Source of the DNA: Mizuhopecten yessoensis
Lineage: Eukaryota
Assembly (NCBI RefSeq): GCF_002113885.1
Contig: NW_018408761.1
Location: 2,096,555-2,160,554 of the forward strand
Length of the DNA stretch: 64,000 bases
Direction: 5' to 3'
The position numbers were made by a program, and so were the translations under genes. Below the pieces are notes generated by a model. The model had not been told where the DNA came from. It was given only the letters and a program-made list of their open reading frames with translations, and ran no database searches. Positions 22,966-36,000 of the stretch are shown here, piece by piece; the stretch's first letter is position 1, and each line of letters opens with the position of its first letter.

Positions 22966-25711
22966 TCATGACTTTATGATCTTATCTAGTGCTTTAGCAT
23001 ATGCTTCAGGATTAAGCTCAATGCTATCTGAATTGTTCTGAAACAAGTTGTGTAATTTTTCAAGTGTCGCTGAACGACCATTCCTATTTTTCCATACGGT
23101 AATAAGTCTCCAGATGACAGTAGATACTCCATATTGCATATTGTCGGCTTTGACATGTGAAATGTCTACGTCACTTAAACCAAGACAAACACCAAATGTA
23201 ATGAGATGTTGTGCTGGAAATGTTTTTGAAAGGTGCATAGCGTATCTTTCTGTCACCATTTTGTTTTTCAATTTTTCAGGAATCTCTGGAAATCGGTCAT
23301 CACCTGTATCAATATAATAACACAGAATACATTCATAGTACAACATACTTCAATGTTTCCCCAATACGGAAATTGTAAACTTTCTAATAGGATTATCAAT
23401 TTTTGAACTCTTTTGTAAATCAATGACTCAAAAGTTGTAAAATGCTATTTCCTATTCTGAAAAGGAATTACATTTTCTATGCACGGACAAAAGTTATTTA
23501 CATTTTATTCCGGAACTTATTAATGGAAATAAAAATCAGTTTAAGAACAGTTGATTGTATCTGTCATTTATCCGGCTTTTCAGTGCGAAATGGATTGACT
23601 TTTGTTTAAACCAATGTTACAACCTGAATATTTAAGCAGTCATAGCAAAATATTCTCATTAAATATCCTATTGCACTACAAATATTTTTCTCGCAAACTT
23701 TGTCAGCTGTTGAAACTACCTTTTTTTCCCTGTCACCTTGTACGTTGGTCAATGCCATTGTCCTTCTCAAACTTTGTTAGCTCTATCCCAAAAAGCTACC
23801 AGCCAAATCTTATGAATCCATTCCTTTTGGTTCTTCAGAACAAATTGTTTGAAATGTTGTTGACCTCTGTGACCTTTAAAGTACAAATGTAGGTTGAGGT
23901 CTTTTTCATTTGCAGAAGAAGTCGCTTGATTCTATCCCAGGAAGCCACCAGCCAAATATGAAGATTCTATACTTTTTAGTTCTTCAGAAGAAGTCGTTTG
24001 AAGCGTTTGACATATGTTACCGCAGTGACATTGAAAGTTAGTCAAGGTCATTATCATTCTCAAACTTTGTCAGGCTCTACCCCAGGAAGCCATCAGCTAA
24101 ATATAAAGACTCTATACCTTCAATTGTTCAGAAGAAGTCGTATGAAAACTTTGATACATTTGATCCCTGTGACCTTGAAAGTAAGTCAAAGTCATTTTAA
24201 TTCTCAATTTTTTTCGGGCTCTATCCAAGAAAGCCACCAGCCAAATATAAAGACTCTATACTTTTCAGTTCTTCAGAAGAAGACGTTTGAAGAGTTTAAC
24301 ACATTTGACCCCTGTGACCTTGAAAGTAGGTCAAGGTCATTTTCGTTCTCAAATTTTGCCGGGTTCCATCCCAGAAAGCCATCAGCGAAATATGAAGATT
24401 CTATACCTTTTAGTTCTTTAGCCTAAAGTTTAGGAGAAGTGGTTAGAAGCATTTGACATATTTGACTGCTGCGACCTTGAAATTAGGTCAAGGTCATTTT
24501 AATGAGTAAACTTTATAGCACTTTATCCTAGGTACATGTACCTACTGGCAAAATTTCATGACCCTATGCCTTATGGAACTTGAGTAGAAGATTGTAAAAG
24601 GTTTTGACATATTTGACCCCTGTGACATTGAAAGTAGGTATGGGTAATTTTAATGAGGAAAGTGTATAGCACCCCATCCCAGGTATCTACTGACAAAATA
24701 GTATGAACCTGGGCTTTATGGAACTCGAGTTAAAGATTGTTAAAGGTTTGAACATATTTGACCCCTGTGACCTTGAAAGTAGGTCAAGGTCATTTTGATG
24801 AGTAAACTTTATAGCACTCCATCCCAGGTAGCTATTGGCTAAATATTATGACCCTGGGCCTTATGGAACTTGAGAAGAAGATTATTAAAGTTTTAAACAT
24901 ATTTGACCCCTATTACTTTGAAAGTAAGTCAAGGTAATTTAAATAAGGACACTTTATCGCACTCCATCCCAGGTACCTACAGGCAAAATATCATGACCCT
25001 ATGCGTTATGGAACTTGAGAAGAAGATTGTTAAAGTTTTTAACATATTTGACCCCTGTGACCTTGAAAGTAGTTCAATGTCATTTTAATGAGGAAACTTT
25101 ATAGCACTCCATCCCAGGTACATAGTGGCCAAATATCATAACCCTAGGCCCTCAAGTTCTTCAGAAGAAGTCTCTCAAAGAAAATTTGACGGACAGGCGA
25201 CGGACGCCGCAGTACAGCATAAAAAATATTCAAAATGGTGTTTCTCATAACGAAAAGTCTGGAAAAGTCAAAACTTTAATAGTTACTTAGGTGTCATTCG
25301 TCTCATATAAAAAAACTGGGTTATAGCTAGGTACCACTATACAGTCTAATATGACGATGTATGAACACAGTCTTTAATAGAGTGAAGTAATTGAAATAAT
25401 TTACCTTCTTCAGTTTCTCTAATTTTCTTGGCCAAATCTTTGTTACCATGTCTTGCCAATTGGTTAAGAAAAAAGTCAAATATTCCAGCTTTTGATCTTT
25501 TTTGTTGGAGAAGCATTACAAGTCGTTCTGTTTGGTGTTGGGGAGTTTTCCCGCTCATAATATTTTCTGCTACATCTTCAATGGAAAAGTAATCTTCGTC
25601 AACAAAATAGTCCATAATGTCATCAGCTTGAACTCTTTTCACTATATCTTCACAATTTGCCTTTATTTTCTTGACCTGCTCTGGAGTCATTGAAGTTGCT
25701 GCCTGTGCCAT
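22966..25711 (-). CDS. CARD + Death-domain adaptor protein, copy 3, 214 aa; coding exons 25711-25405 and 23303-22966
   Basis: Same splice signals and phases as copy 1; 307+338 nt = 215 codons. The linker is 10 aa shorter than in copy 1. Confidence 0.8.
23625..25225. mobile_element. HINE/Helitron-N-like element carrying a 145-bp tandem array, inserted in the copy 3 intron
   Basis: The unit start ATTTGACCCC (mostly followed by TGTGACCTTGAAAG) recurs at 24611, 24756, 24901 and 25046 (145-bp period), with a GACGGAC-type microsatellite at the end. Absent from the copy 1 and copy 2 introns. Confidence 0.75.
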
Positions 25712-26589
25712 ATTCCTATAAGAAAGTATTTGAAGCATCATTTAACAATTAAAAACTTGTATAAAATTGTTATCAACAAATTGGGAATTTAAATATAAAA
25801 TAGTACCTTCGATTAAAATTTAGACAAAAATATCATACTTTGTTTTCCAGGTCCTTCACCAAAAACAAACCCAATTATCCCACCAGTTGGGTTTAAGCAA
25901 GAGGTCCAATGGCCTTGAATTGCTCACCTGGCTATTTTTTAAAATCAACTTGATATCTGCATCGTAGTTTGTGAGCAGAATTAACCCCCAGTAATATCAG
26001 CTAGCCTCTGTATTTGTGTAACTTTGGGGTTAATATAATACAGTGTTTTAACAGTTTGTAATTTAACTGATGTGCAGTAATAGAATATAGTGATTTAAAA
26101 ATTGTTATTTACCCGTATGTGATTGGAAACTGTGCTTTAACTGTATTATAAATGGAATTTAACTTCTTATTTCTAGTTACATTGCATATTAACTCCTTCA
26201 CCTCTGAACTCATTCACCCCTGAAGACACGTTCTGAATACACATTTGACCTCTTCCAAATCAAAAGCTGGAATAGCTCCTTATGCAATTTCAGGGGTGAA
26301 TGATTTAAGGAATATATCAATTATGAATCAAATATTGATCTTATTTTTAAAAATTCACTTCCATCCTTTTTCATACTTTGGTAAATATTTACCATCTCTC
26401 TCTCTCTCTTTGAATTTAATATCATCTTATGATCTTTAACTTTGATAATTTCATAAACGTTAGATATCAATTCTGTACACAGAATTTGGACCCCTGTTTT
26501 GCAAATTTGTATGTTTGTTGCTTTGAATGTTTTATCGGTGCAATATCAGAGATAAACAGTTCCACCCTTGTGTGTAAATGATGCAGTGA

Positions 26590-26936
26590 TGTAGTGGAAC
26601 TGGACTGGGTTGATCGTCGGTGACCAGGTAGCTTAATTGGTAGAGCCTCCGTCTAGAGTTCGGTTCGTCTCAAGGGTTTCGCATTCCAACCCCAGTCTGG
26701 CTGTTGCAATTCTCTTTCTCTGTTACAAAATTGGTGAGCTTGATTCAAGCACCGGGTGAATGATTGACAAGGGGGAAATATATACGAACCTTACTTGTAA
26801 ATAGTTGGGTCTTCGAGAGCGAAGACTAAGAAAAAGGAGGGAGGAATGTAACGGAACTAGACTGATAGAGTCGATTGTCGCCGACCAGGTAGTTCTATTG
26901 GTAGAGCGTCGGTCTAGAGTTCGGAGGGTCCCGGGA
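26590..26936 (+). mobile_element. Miniature non-autonomous LTR retrotransposon with tRNA-like LTRs (Ajax/Cassandra-type TRIM)
   Basis: LTR1 TG...CA 26590-26727; PBS-like TGGTG at 26732; polypurine tract AAGAAAAAGGAGGGAGGAA 26828-26846; LTR2 from 26847 (3' truncated). Both LTRs contain GACCAGGTAG....ATTGGTAGAGC (tRNA D-arm/A-box-like). Absent from the paralogous site at ~3345. Confidence 0.65.
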
Positions 26937-29900
26937 TAAACAAACAAAATATGGGCATTGTGACATCTGGGCGAAACGACTAATTCGTAATGTCATCAAG
27001 AGCTGCCTGAGTTTCCATAGCAACTTTAAACAAATATATACATGTTTTCAAGATGTTATCGAAATGTACAAAAACAAAGTAGACTAGATATATGATAATA
27101 ACAACTGTCAACAGCTGATTATTGACAAATATCTGTCTTCCCGGAAATCAAAAACGCGTTTCTACATCCTGTTTGCTGGTTTGTGCCTCGCAACATGGTG
27201 TTTGCAACAATAAGGAAACCCCACAAGTGTAGTGACCAACAATAGTATATATTTAGAGTATCGAGAAGGCTAAATTCTATACAAATAATAGATTCGATTA
27301 AAAACATCTAAAAATTGCACCTGCTTGTCTGTTTATTCCAACCCGTCTTCTTTCGGTTCAATGCTTAAGCGCAATACTGACCGTGATCACAGTACTTATG
27401 TAATGGAACAATTTGTTGCTCGATCCGTACCCGTGTTAAACATATAATATGCTCGATTAAAAATAATGATGAAATGGCAAACGATTATAAAATGTTTGAA
27501 ATGCTGTTCCGTCGTTTTAAAATGTTGAAATGGTATCCCTTTTTCACAAGTGTAACAGTAAATCAAATGCGATGTTTTTATTGAATAAACGTGTTCATTT
27601 AAATTCCCGCCAATTTGAAATTGACATGATAGAATTCCTGAAAGATGGTAGATTTTTGTCGGTAAGATATATATTTCCTTTATATCTAAATTTATTTCAC
27701 TGTTATGCACTAATTAAACTAAATAACATACTAAATAATTCAAACATATTTTGTTAGAACACCTGCCGTTCACCAAGGCGGCCGGGGTTCGACTCTCCGA
27801 TCGGACGTGAAAAGGTATGGGGTCACCTGCCCTACAACGTGAGTTTTCTCCAGGTACTCTGTTTTCCGCCAACAATAAGACCCACGCGCTAGCATCCGGG
27901 CCAACAAGAATGATTCATATAAGTTGAAATAAATTGTTTCATAATTGTAAAATAAATGAAGGATATATATATATAAAGGGATAAGGCACAGGTAAATCTG
28001 ACAACTTATTAGGCCGTCTCCCAATATATATACACTATACAATTACCATAGCTAATTATATATATAGCTGATGGTTACAAGACGTTTACTCATAATGATT
28101 GAAATGAAACGGCGAAGAAGAAGGAAGAGGTAAAACGAAGGATAGGAGAGGATGTTTCGGTTTCAATATTTGTCGGATCATCGCCTCTCATATCCCTCCT
28201 TTCATCTCTTTTGAAGCACTGATTGTACGGTTCATGAAACCATCTCATTATTTTTGATAAACTTGACCATTCTAATCGACTTACCAAAATGGTTGATAGT
28301 AAACGTTCCAAGACACAGTGATTTTTGTGTGGCCTGTATGACGTCTCTTCTTAAAAAGGGCGGTCATAAAAATGTTATCTCGGCAATGAATGGCGGCTCA
28401 ATTTGTTTTGTTTCCAAATAATCATTATACCATTATTATCTATTAAGAGTGAAAAGTAAATCCGTTAAAACTATATTTGTACCCTTGTCCCCGAATCTGC
28501 CATTGGATTCTATTCCATTTTTATCTCGCGAATGAATTAAAAGATGACTCTGAAATACTGGTATGTTCCCCGTTACACAAATAAAACAAGTGATGTATTT
28601 AGAAAAGTACTATTGTTTTTGTGCCGGCATCTCATTTTGATTTAACAAAGGGCAGCAAAGCTTACAGCTTTGTATATTAAAAGGTATTATACTGTATGTA
28701 TACATTATAGGTTAGGAAATCATATCACTTTTTCTATAATTCCGCTCCCTCTTTTTCAAAATTACATTGTTTTTGGTCGAGTTAAGGTTATAGATTACCT
28801 CACAAAAATACCCTTTTGATTTCCCAGAAGGGTGACCAGCGACCAATGTTTGACAGATGGGGGAATGCGTACCTACATCCAAATAAGGACACTGACTTCC
28901 AGAGTTTATGCTTGATGTTAGCAATTAGTACATGTACGCAACGTTAAATTATGATTATTAATATTATATAAGATCGTTCTCAACCAAACTTATGAACAAT
29001 TTCAAAACATTCAGTGGACGCACAAAACATTAGGATAACACCAGTAAGACTATTGTATTTTCAACTTAATTTTACTTGGAAATTAAAGTAAAACACATTC
29101 ATATGTCACTTTAAACATGTGCTTTATGCAAACAAACTTGAATACTTTAGGCATAGTTGACATGTTCCACTTTAAATGTAACAAGTGTATTAAATTGTGA
29201 TAGTTTTTAATTAAGGACAAAGTCACGTAGTTCACATCAATTCAAAGCATTATTTGGCGTCTGTTTATATTTTAACAATACTTTTTGGCTTCAAGAAGCT
29301 ATTGAAGCCGATTTTACTGAAGACAATCACGTACAAAACCAATACAATGACATTACATATTATACAGTTATAGAATGGGTATGAGGGACATAGCAAATGT
29401 ATGATCCCCCGAGGTGCAAAACTATTTTCTGAGGCGGCGAAACCGCTAAGGGAAATATCAACTTCGATGACCATAACTTTGTTATTACTGTTTCCTCTCC
29501 GCCCTCAACTGGTATTGTATTGTTTTTTATAAAGGGAAAACTAGAGAGGTATAGTAATATTCATACATTTGTTCATACAGCACTAAAATACTGGCTTGGT
29601 AACACATGTGCAAGGGTTTGTCGCTCCTTGACCTACGTAATTTTTATCTAAATTCAAAATATTCTGTAAAAAAAAGAAATGATGAATAAAAGGCACTTTT
29701 TTGTCATTGTGATTCTATACAAGATCAATTTAGTCTGTCTGCATGTAGTTCTTGTGCATTGTGGTCCTTACAAGCTCTGCATGATTGTATTGAATTGTGT
29801 GAGTGTTGTTGCTGATGTAGTCTGCTAGGTAGCCCCAAATTTGTATTGAACTTGATCGAAAAAAGTATCCCCCCCTCCCCTGTGGTTTTGTGATGCTTTA

Positions 29901-31006
29901 TAGCGTGTTTTTTCTGTACTATTTATATATGACTGCGTAGGTAAATGGGTGTTTGTTTGTGATTTTGTATTCATCCACAACAAAATTTATGAAGAGTCTA
30001 ATTTGGAGGAATGGTGATTTTGAACGGGCTAGTAAATCTTCGTATGCATTTGTCGTCATATACGAATCTGAGTGCCCTTTCCTGTACTTTAGTTATCTAA
30101 ATTGCCGAAATAGAGGAAATTCTTTTTTGATTTTACTGTTGGTCACGTTTAGGTCGATACAGGCACAAGTGCGCCATACCTTCTTACCTTTTCACAGGTA
30201 AACTCTATAGCCATCCACGTATTTCACAGTGAGAAAACTGTGAATACATTGTAGTAAGCTATGTGCCAATACTTACCGTAATGGTGAATTCACCCTCAAA
30301 ACAGAAGAACAATTTAACTACGAAGAAACATTTTCCGGGAAAAAGTTCTTGTCTGTCTTCAAACAAAAATAGCAAGGACACATACTTACAGGGAATCATA
30401 ACAATAAACGATTACAAAACTAATTTGTGGAAACTTTTGCAATTTGTGTAATAAATCCAGTAGGCTGTTTATTTAAACTAAGATGTTGGCATTTCCGTAT
30501 AAAATATTCCAACACAAACAAATTATGGCCTAAAAAAAGTATGTGGTTAAGACTGAATTAAATATTCGGATTTGTGCTTAGATGTTACGTGTAGTATAAC
30601 TTGTCGAAAAACCATTAAAAAGCTTTATTGAGCAAAGGAAAAATATAAATGATCAGATTTGTAACGTGCAACCCCTAGTAGCGTGTGTGCACCGTGTGAA
30701 TCTCAATTATGACCGAGCTACCTGCTCTAGAAGCGATTGGGATCCTCGGCTACCTGGCCGAGCAGTTGAACAATAACACTTAAAAATATCAACTATATTT
30801 ACAAATGAAGACAATTGTGGGCCAGGACAGTACCTCTGTCCTATCAACCCGTGCTGTCGAACCACGACACACGTCGCCTGGACGTACACAACCTCTCCAA
30901 CCACACGACAACCAGCAAATCGGAATGCTGACACTCCTAGCTCCAGGTATGGCCTTGCTACCCGCTAACAGTCCCGATATACGCCTGCCACCTAGCCGAT
31001 CCCGGG

Positions 31007-31171
31007 TAGCTCCGAGGCACCCTGTCACCGAGCTGATCCCTGACAGCTCCGAGGTAACCTGTCCCTGATCTGATCCCTGGCAGCTCCGAGGTACCCTGTC
31101 CCTGAGCTGATCCCTGGCAGCTCCGAGGTACCTTGTCACCGAGCTGATCCCTGGCAGCTCCCGAGGTAACC
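31007..31171 (+). repeat. 37-bp GC-rich tandem repeat (~4.5 copies) inside a GC-richer probable retroelement remnant (~30660-31520)
   Basis: CAGCTCCGAGGTACCCTGTCCCTGAGCTGATCCCTGG units. The surrounding segment is missing from the paralogous block. Confidence 0.75.
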
Positions 31172-33015
31172 TTCCACACTCCCCACCACAGCACACCGGT
31201 ACCAGATCAGCTGCGGGCTTGGATTACCAGAGTAGCCTTCTCAGGCGACCCCTTACGCAGGAGCTTCTGGCGTCTCCAAGCCGTTCACTTACCGGTACCG
31301 TACTTGTCACTGAACACAACGTACAAAATAGCCACCAGAGTAGCCTTAGCAGGCGTTACTGGTATAGTATTTTGCAGAGGTGTTCTTACCTTCTTCTGCT
31401 GTATGGAATGCCACTCGATATCTTCTGTAGGTTTAACACAGCCAACCCTAAACCACTGGCATAACCCTGCTTATATGTGGAAACCATTTTCAGGAACTCA
31501 AGGTACCAGGTCATTTGCATAATCATCACATTTATTCATTTATCAATAACTATCCTACAACATACATGTATACAGAAATAATGTCATATCCATTCCAAGT
31601 AATTAATAAAAGATTCTGGTAATATTGGTTTTGATCAAACTTCGCTAATCATCATTAATAAAGAGAAATCAATACAAATATAGATTCCAAGAACGTTTAC
31701 TTAACGTTTGTTCAAAGGGGAATCACTCTACCGAAAATCACATAATCATCACAGATTCAAAGATTTTATTAAAATCTACCCTCTTTACATACATAAATCA
31801 TTATAACAATATGAGTAATAAAGTTAAATACATAGAAGACAGACTTTTTAAAAATGAAATTGAGTTGTGAAAGACTACATGATAACTATCACTATAGTAG
31901 ATTATGTGTCTTACAGTTGTACCGGGTACAATGTAATATACAGTTTATATGTGCAGCAAACGTGAATCATACAACATCATAACTTTACAGCATATACCAG
32001 CTTTTCTGTTACATTTATGGCAGTCGCTATTTACTACCAAGATAGGGTATCACAATCAAGTTAAATCACTCGGTACTTATCAATTATGTAATGACAGATA
32101 AACACAACATAAAATACAAATTCTATAAACAATTTTTAGCTGACATTTTACTATTGGTCATCGAAAACAGAACAACACTTTCTCCCGCCCTTCACAGGTG
32201 TGTCTCCTTTTTACGCCGCAAAAGACCAGTTTGTCATCCCCTAGGGGGAGATAGTCTCGTGCAGGATGGCGCGATCCAAGTGATATAATGATAGTTTGGC
32301 GTCACGTCATCAATGCAATTACGTCACGCCAATAGAACTTGAATAGCAGATCATGGAAGACAACTCTGGATTTGTTGGAAAACATTATTTGTGAGTGAAA
32401 CATGATGGGAGAAGAACTAATAGAACTAATTGAATCTTCCCCTACCTTGAGGGTGATACATGGAAATCTCCAACTCTCGGAATGATATTCTTGAATGTCG
32501 ATATTTCCCTCGGCTTTTATTAGATCACACTAGTTTTCATGTAGATTACGTTTGTGTTATGTCCCTGTTGCTGTACATCCACATACGTTTCTTCTGTTCG
32601 CTTCTAGTATCACTAATCGTCCTAAAGCGACGAAATGAACATCGGTGAAATATAAATTAACGTTGTTTGACTCTCTACATAAACGTATTAAATTTAAACT
32701 AAATCCGTATTTCGTATTCCTTGTGCTAATTTGAGCTTATGCTTGTCCTTCTTATTAATATTAACGACTAAGATATTTTGAATTTCTTTTAATTATTGGA
32801 AAAGGAAGTTGCCACATGTGTCTTTTCATCTAACAAGATTTCCGCCTGTGCTTTAATTGTATATGCTGATGCACATGATGCTAGGTATTTGAAAACAAAG
32901 TTTGAACCATAGTGGTATTTGTTCATGTTGATGGACCATACAAAATCAGTCAATCACACGCCATCCTCTGTCATGGAGCTTATATATCCATGGTAAGACA
33001 GATGGTAAGCAACTG

Positions 33016-36000
33016 TCATGTCCCTTTCCACTTTAAAACGTAGTAGCCCAGGACACGCAGACCTATTATAGATATAGCCATAGTTGAGACGTAACAGTGA
33101 AGCGGTAGATCTATCCCCACTCCAACCAAAATATCCTGTGACGTCACCATGTTTGTGTTGTTCACAAGACACCGCGGATAAGAAGTGACGCTGGTCTCAT
33201 TACAGCTAAAATGGATAAAAGATGCATTAAAGAAATAAACATATTAAAAAATATAGGAAAGTTTACATCGTCAATCGATTGTTTGTATATTTAACCATAT
33301 TAAGTAGGATTATCCACAAGTTCAATTTCTTCTTTCCGAGAAATAGAAGTACTTGTGATTTATAATCTGAAGAGAGAATGTTTATAAAAGGAAACATGAG
33401 AAATATAGCCCCCCCCCCCTCCATAAAAAAAAGGAACAAACAAAAGAATAAAAAAATAAAAAAAAGTGTCAACAAAATCGTAGTTGAGACTCAAGTATAC
33501 AATGGCAAGTTATGAACAGAGAAAAAATGTCAATTGAGTCTCCTGGAAAAAGTACAAGAAAAAACGACCAGGTGTTCCGGAATGGAAAGCAAGTTACTGT
33601 ATGACTGTACTGCCATTACTGTTGTATTCTCATTCAACACTTGCCTGATAGTGCCCATGTCCTTCAGCAGGTAGATCATAGTCGCAGCGTAAGGGTAGTG
33701 GACCAGTGAAATGTACTTACTCCAAACTAACCAAGATGGCGGATGAATGTTGTAGAAGCCACCTAGAGCGGATAGAAGTTTTGTCAGCAAAGTTCAGTTG
33801 CAAAATGTAACCCCTTTGGTGTATGGAGGTAGAAATTACCTCAACCCTAGATTAGAATGTTTGAAGCGAATACAAAGATGAACATTACCACGAAGAAATA
33901 GGCAGCATTGAGAATCTACTTGAATTTAAGGAGTTTGTGATTCCGGATCAAGTTTACCTAACAGCAGACCGCCTATGTTGAAGCAGTCCATGATGAGCAT
34001 GCTGAGCGTCAGGTCGGTAATACAGACGCCTATGATATGTGCCACACCCTGAAATAAATCAAAAAATGGTCTCCATCAGGTGATATTAATTGTACTCAAT
34101 ATTTCGAAATTTCTCGAGGTTTTACAATATTAAGGGTATATAAAATTAAGAAACTGATAAAGGTTCCAAGCAACGAAAAAAGGGATTTTATTGGATTTTA
34201 AAAGGAGGGCCATTTATTTGTCACACACTATCAAAATATTAGTAAGAACGTCAACTCATTGGAAGATTTTGTTTTCGTGTTAACAAAAACATTGCAAACA
34301 CCTGCGATCTGCAAGTAGAACCAATGTAGATATGTATGGACGGACAGAGAGAACACTGAATTTTTGGATGTTTGGACAACAGCATAAGTGTAAGTATAGA
34401 GGTGACGTGACAGTGTGAAAATAGAATTGGTGGTGGCTGGATAATGAAACAACTGGATAAATGGTGTCTTGGTAGTTGGATAACTGAATCGGTGGTTGCT
34501 TGGTGTCGGGACAACAGTATTAGAGGTGGCTGAAAACTGGAAAATCTGAGCCGGTGGTGGCTGGATAGTGAATCAACTGGATGGATAGATGAGCAACTGG
34601 GTAGTGGGAAAACCGAATTGCTGGTGGCTGCATGTTGTGACAATAGTGTTAAAGGGGGCTGAATAATTGTTGGTTGTTGGGCAGTGGACCAACTGGATCA
34701 TTTGTGAATGGATTTACAAGGCACGTTTGACATATTTGAATAAAACTTTGGGCATAAGTAAATATAAGGTGACGCATTGATCACACATGCGTACAGTATA
34801 CAAAAAATGCTACTCACCTGTATGAGAAGACAATTAAGAATGCCAAGACCACAGAAGGCAAAATAACCGCCCACACCTCCAAGACCGGCTGCCCAGTACA
34901 CGGCCGTGTTAAACAGTGTCGGGATGACCAGCAGTAGTGGTAGTTCGCTAGTTATCTTAGACAGGTAGTAGGCTGATAACCGGTAGGATCCTACCGATCT
35001 CTCCTTCCGTATTACATCAGTTTCCTGGCGTACTATAATCGATATAAAATAATGCATTCAGTTTTGTATCAAATTTACAACGGCATTGTTAGTTAAATTT
35101 AGTTAAAAGAAATATTGGGGGGTGGGGGGTGGGGGGAGAGGAATCAACATGACAATAGAAACAGAAGAGATGTTAAAAGCAAGGAAACACAAACAAAAAC
35201 ATGGCGAAATACTCAAACAAAAACAGGTGCTCATTGAACGTTAGTGTTTTCTGGACCATCTGTGGCACCTTCCTTGACGTCGATTGATATCAATTGGATT
35301 CTCTTGCTTTTTGATATACGTGCATATTAGACATGAACGTGGAGGATTGTCTCCAAAATAATACTTAAACGCATTCAATGTTGTATATGGTGTTTTTTTT
35401 GTTAAAGACAGCATATTATGTTAATTCTATTACGAGTAGTGACAGCTTAATTTGGAGTGCGATTTATTGGAAAACAGTCGTACTTACAACTCCAAATAGT
35501 AGCAAATCGAATTCGGAGTCCCCAGTGCAGCATAGAGAAAAACACCTAGAGAATGCGCAAATATTTTTTTCAGAGTTAATGTATTTCGTATCAGTTATTG
35601 AACAGCTTCATTTAAAATACGATTTTTCATTCTGATTATCATATATTAAATGAAAGTCGTGCACATTCACGTTTTTATATTTATACTAGAAAATCAAATG
35701 AAAACATCACCATTTACATTTGCAGCGAATTTGTGACGTCATTGAATTGTTCGTGACAAGTGACGTTACGATGGTGATGATACTTCAATTTACATATCGA
35801 AAGGCTATGTGATGACGCTACACTGCGTAGTCATCTGATTATTTGAAAAAAAATGTTATAAAGGAAAACAAGCATTGTAAACGTTCCTGATTCGTCGCAT
35901 AATGAGATAAACCAAGGCTTGTAACTCTTTAACTTATAATTCATTTCTGATGTTGCAGAGAATTTGGTCATCAGAAAACTTTGTGAAAGTAAAAGTCATG

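Larger units (their letters stand above)
21863..29765 (+). repeat. Segmental duplicate of ~1-6630 (patchy homology continues to ~32110 vs ~7140)
   Basis: Collinear, same-strand similarity across the 3' flank, both exons, the introns, the SINE and upstream DNA. A third partial copy lies at ~7610-9015. Confidence 0.9.

Noticed and set aside
26620-26700. Functional tRNA genes (also 4057-4130, 26880-26935, 53450-53515)
   Set aside because: Cloverleafs are incomplete or degenerate and are embedded in SINE or LTR structures.
30707-31522. Overlapping GC-rich ORFs as a real gene
   Set aside because: Driven by a 37-bp tandem repeat; no recognisable domain; probably a retroelement remnant.
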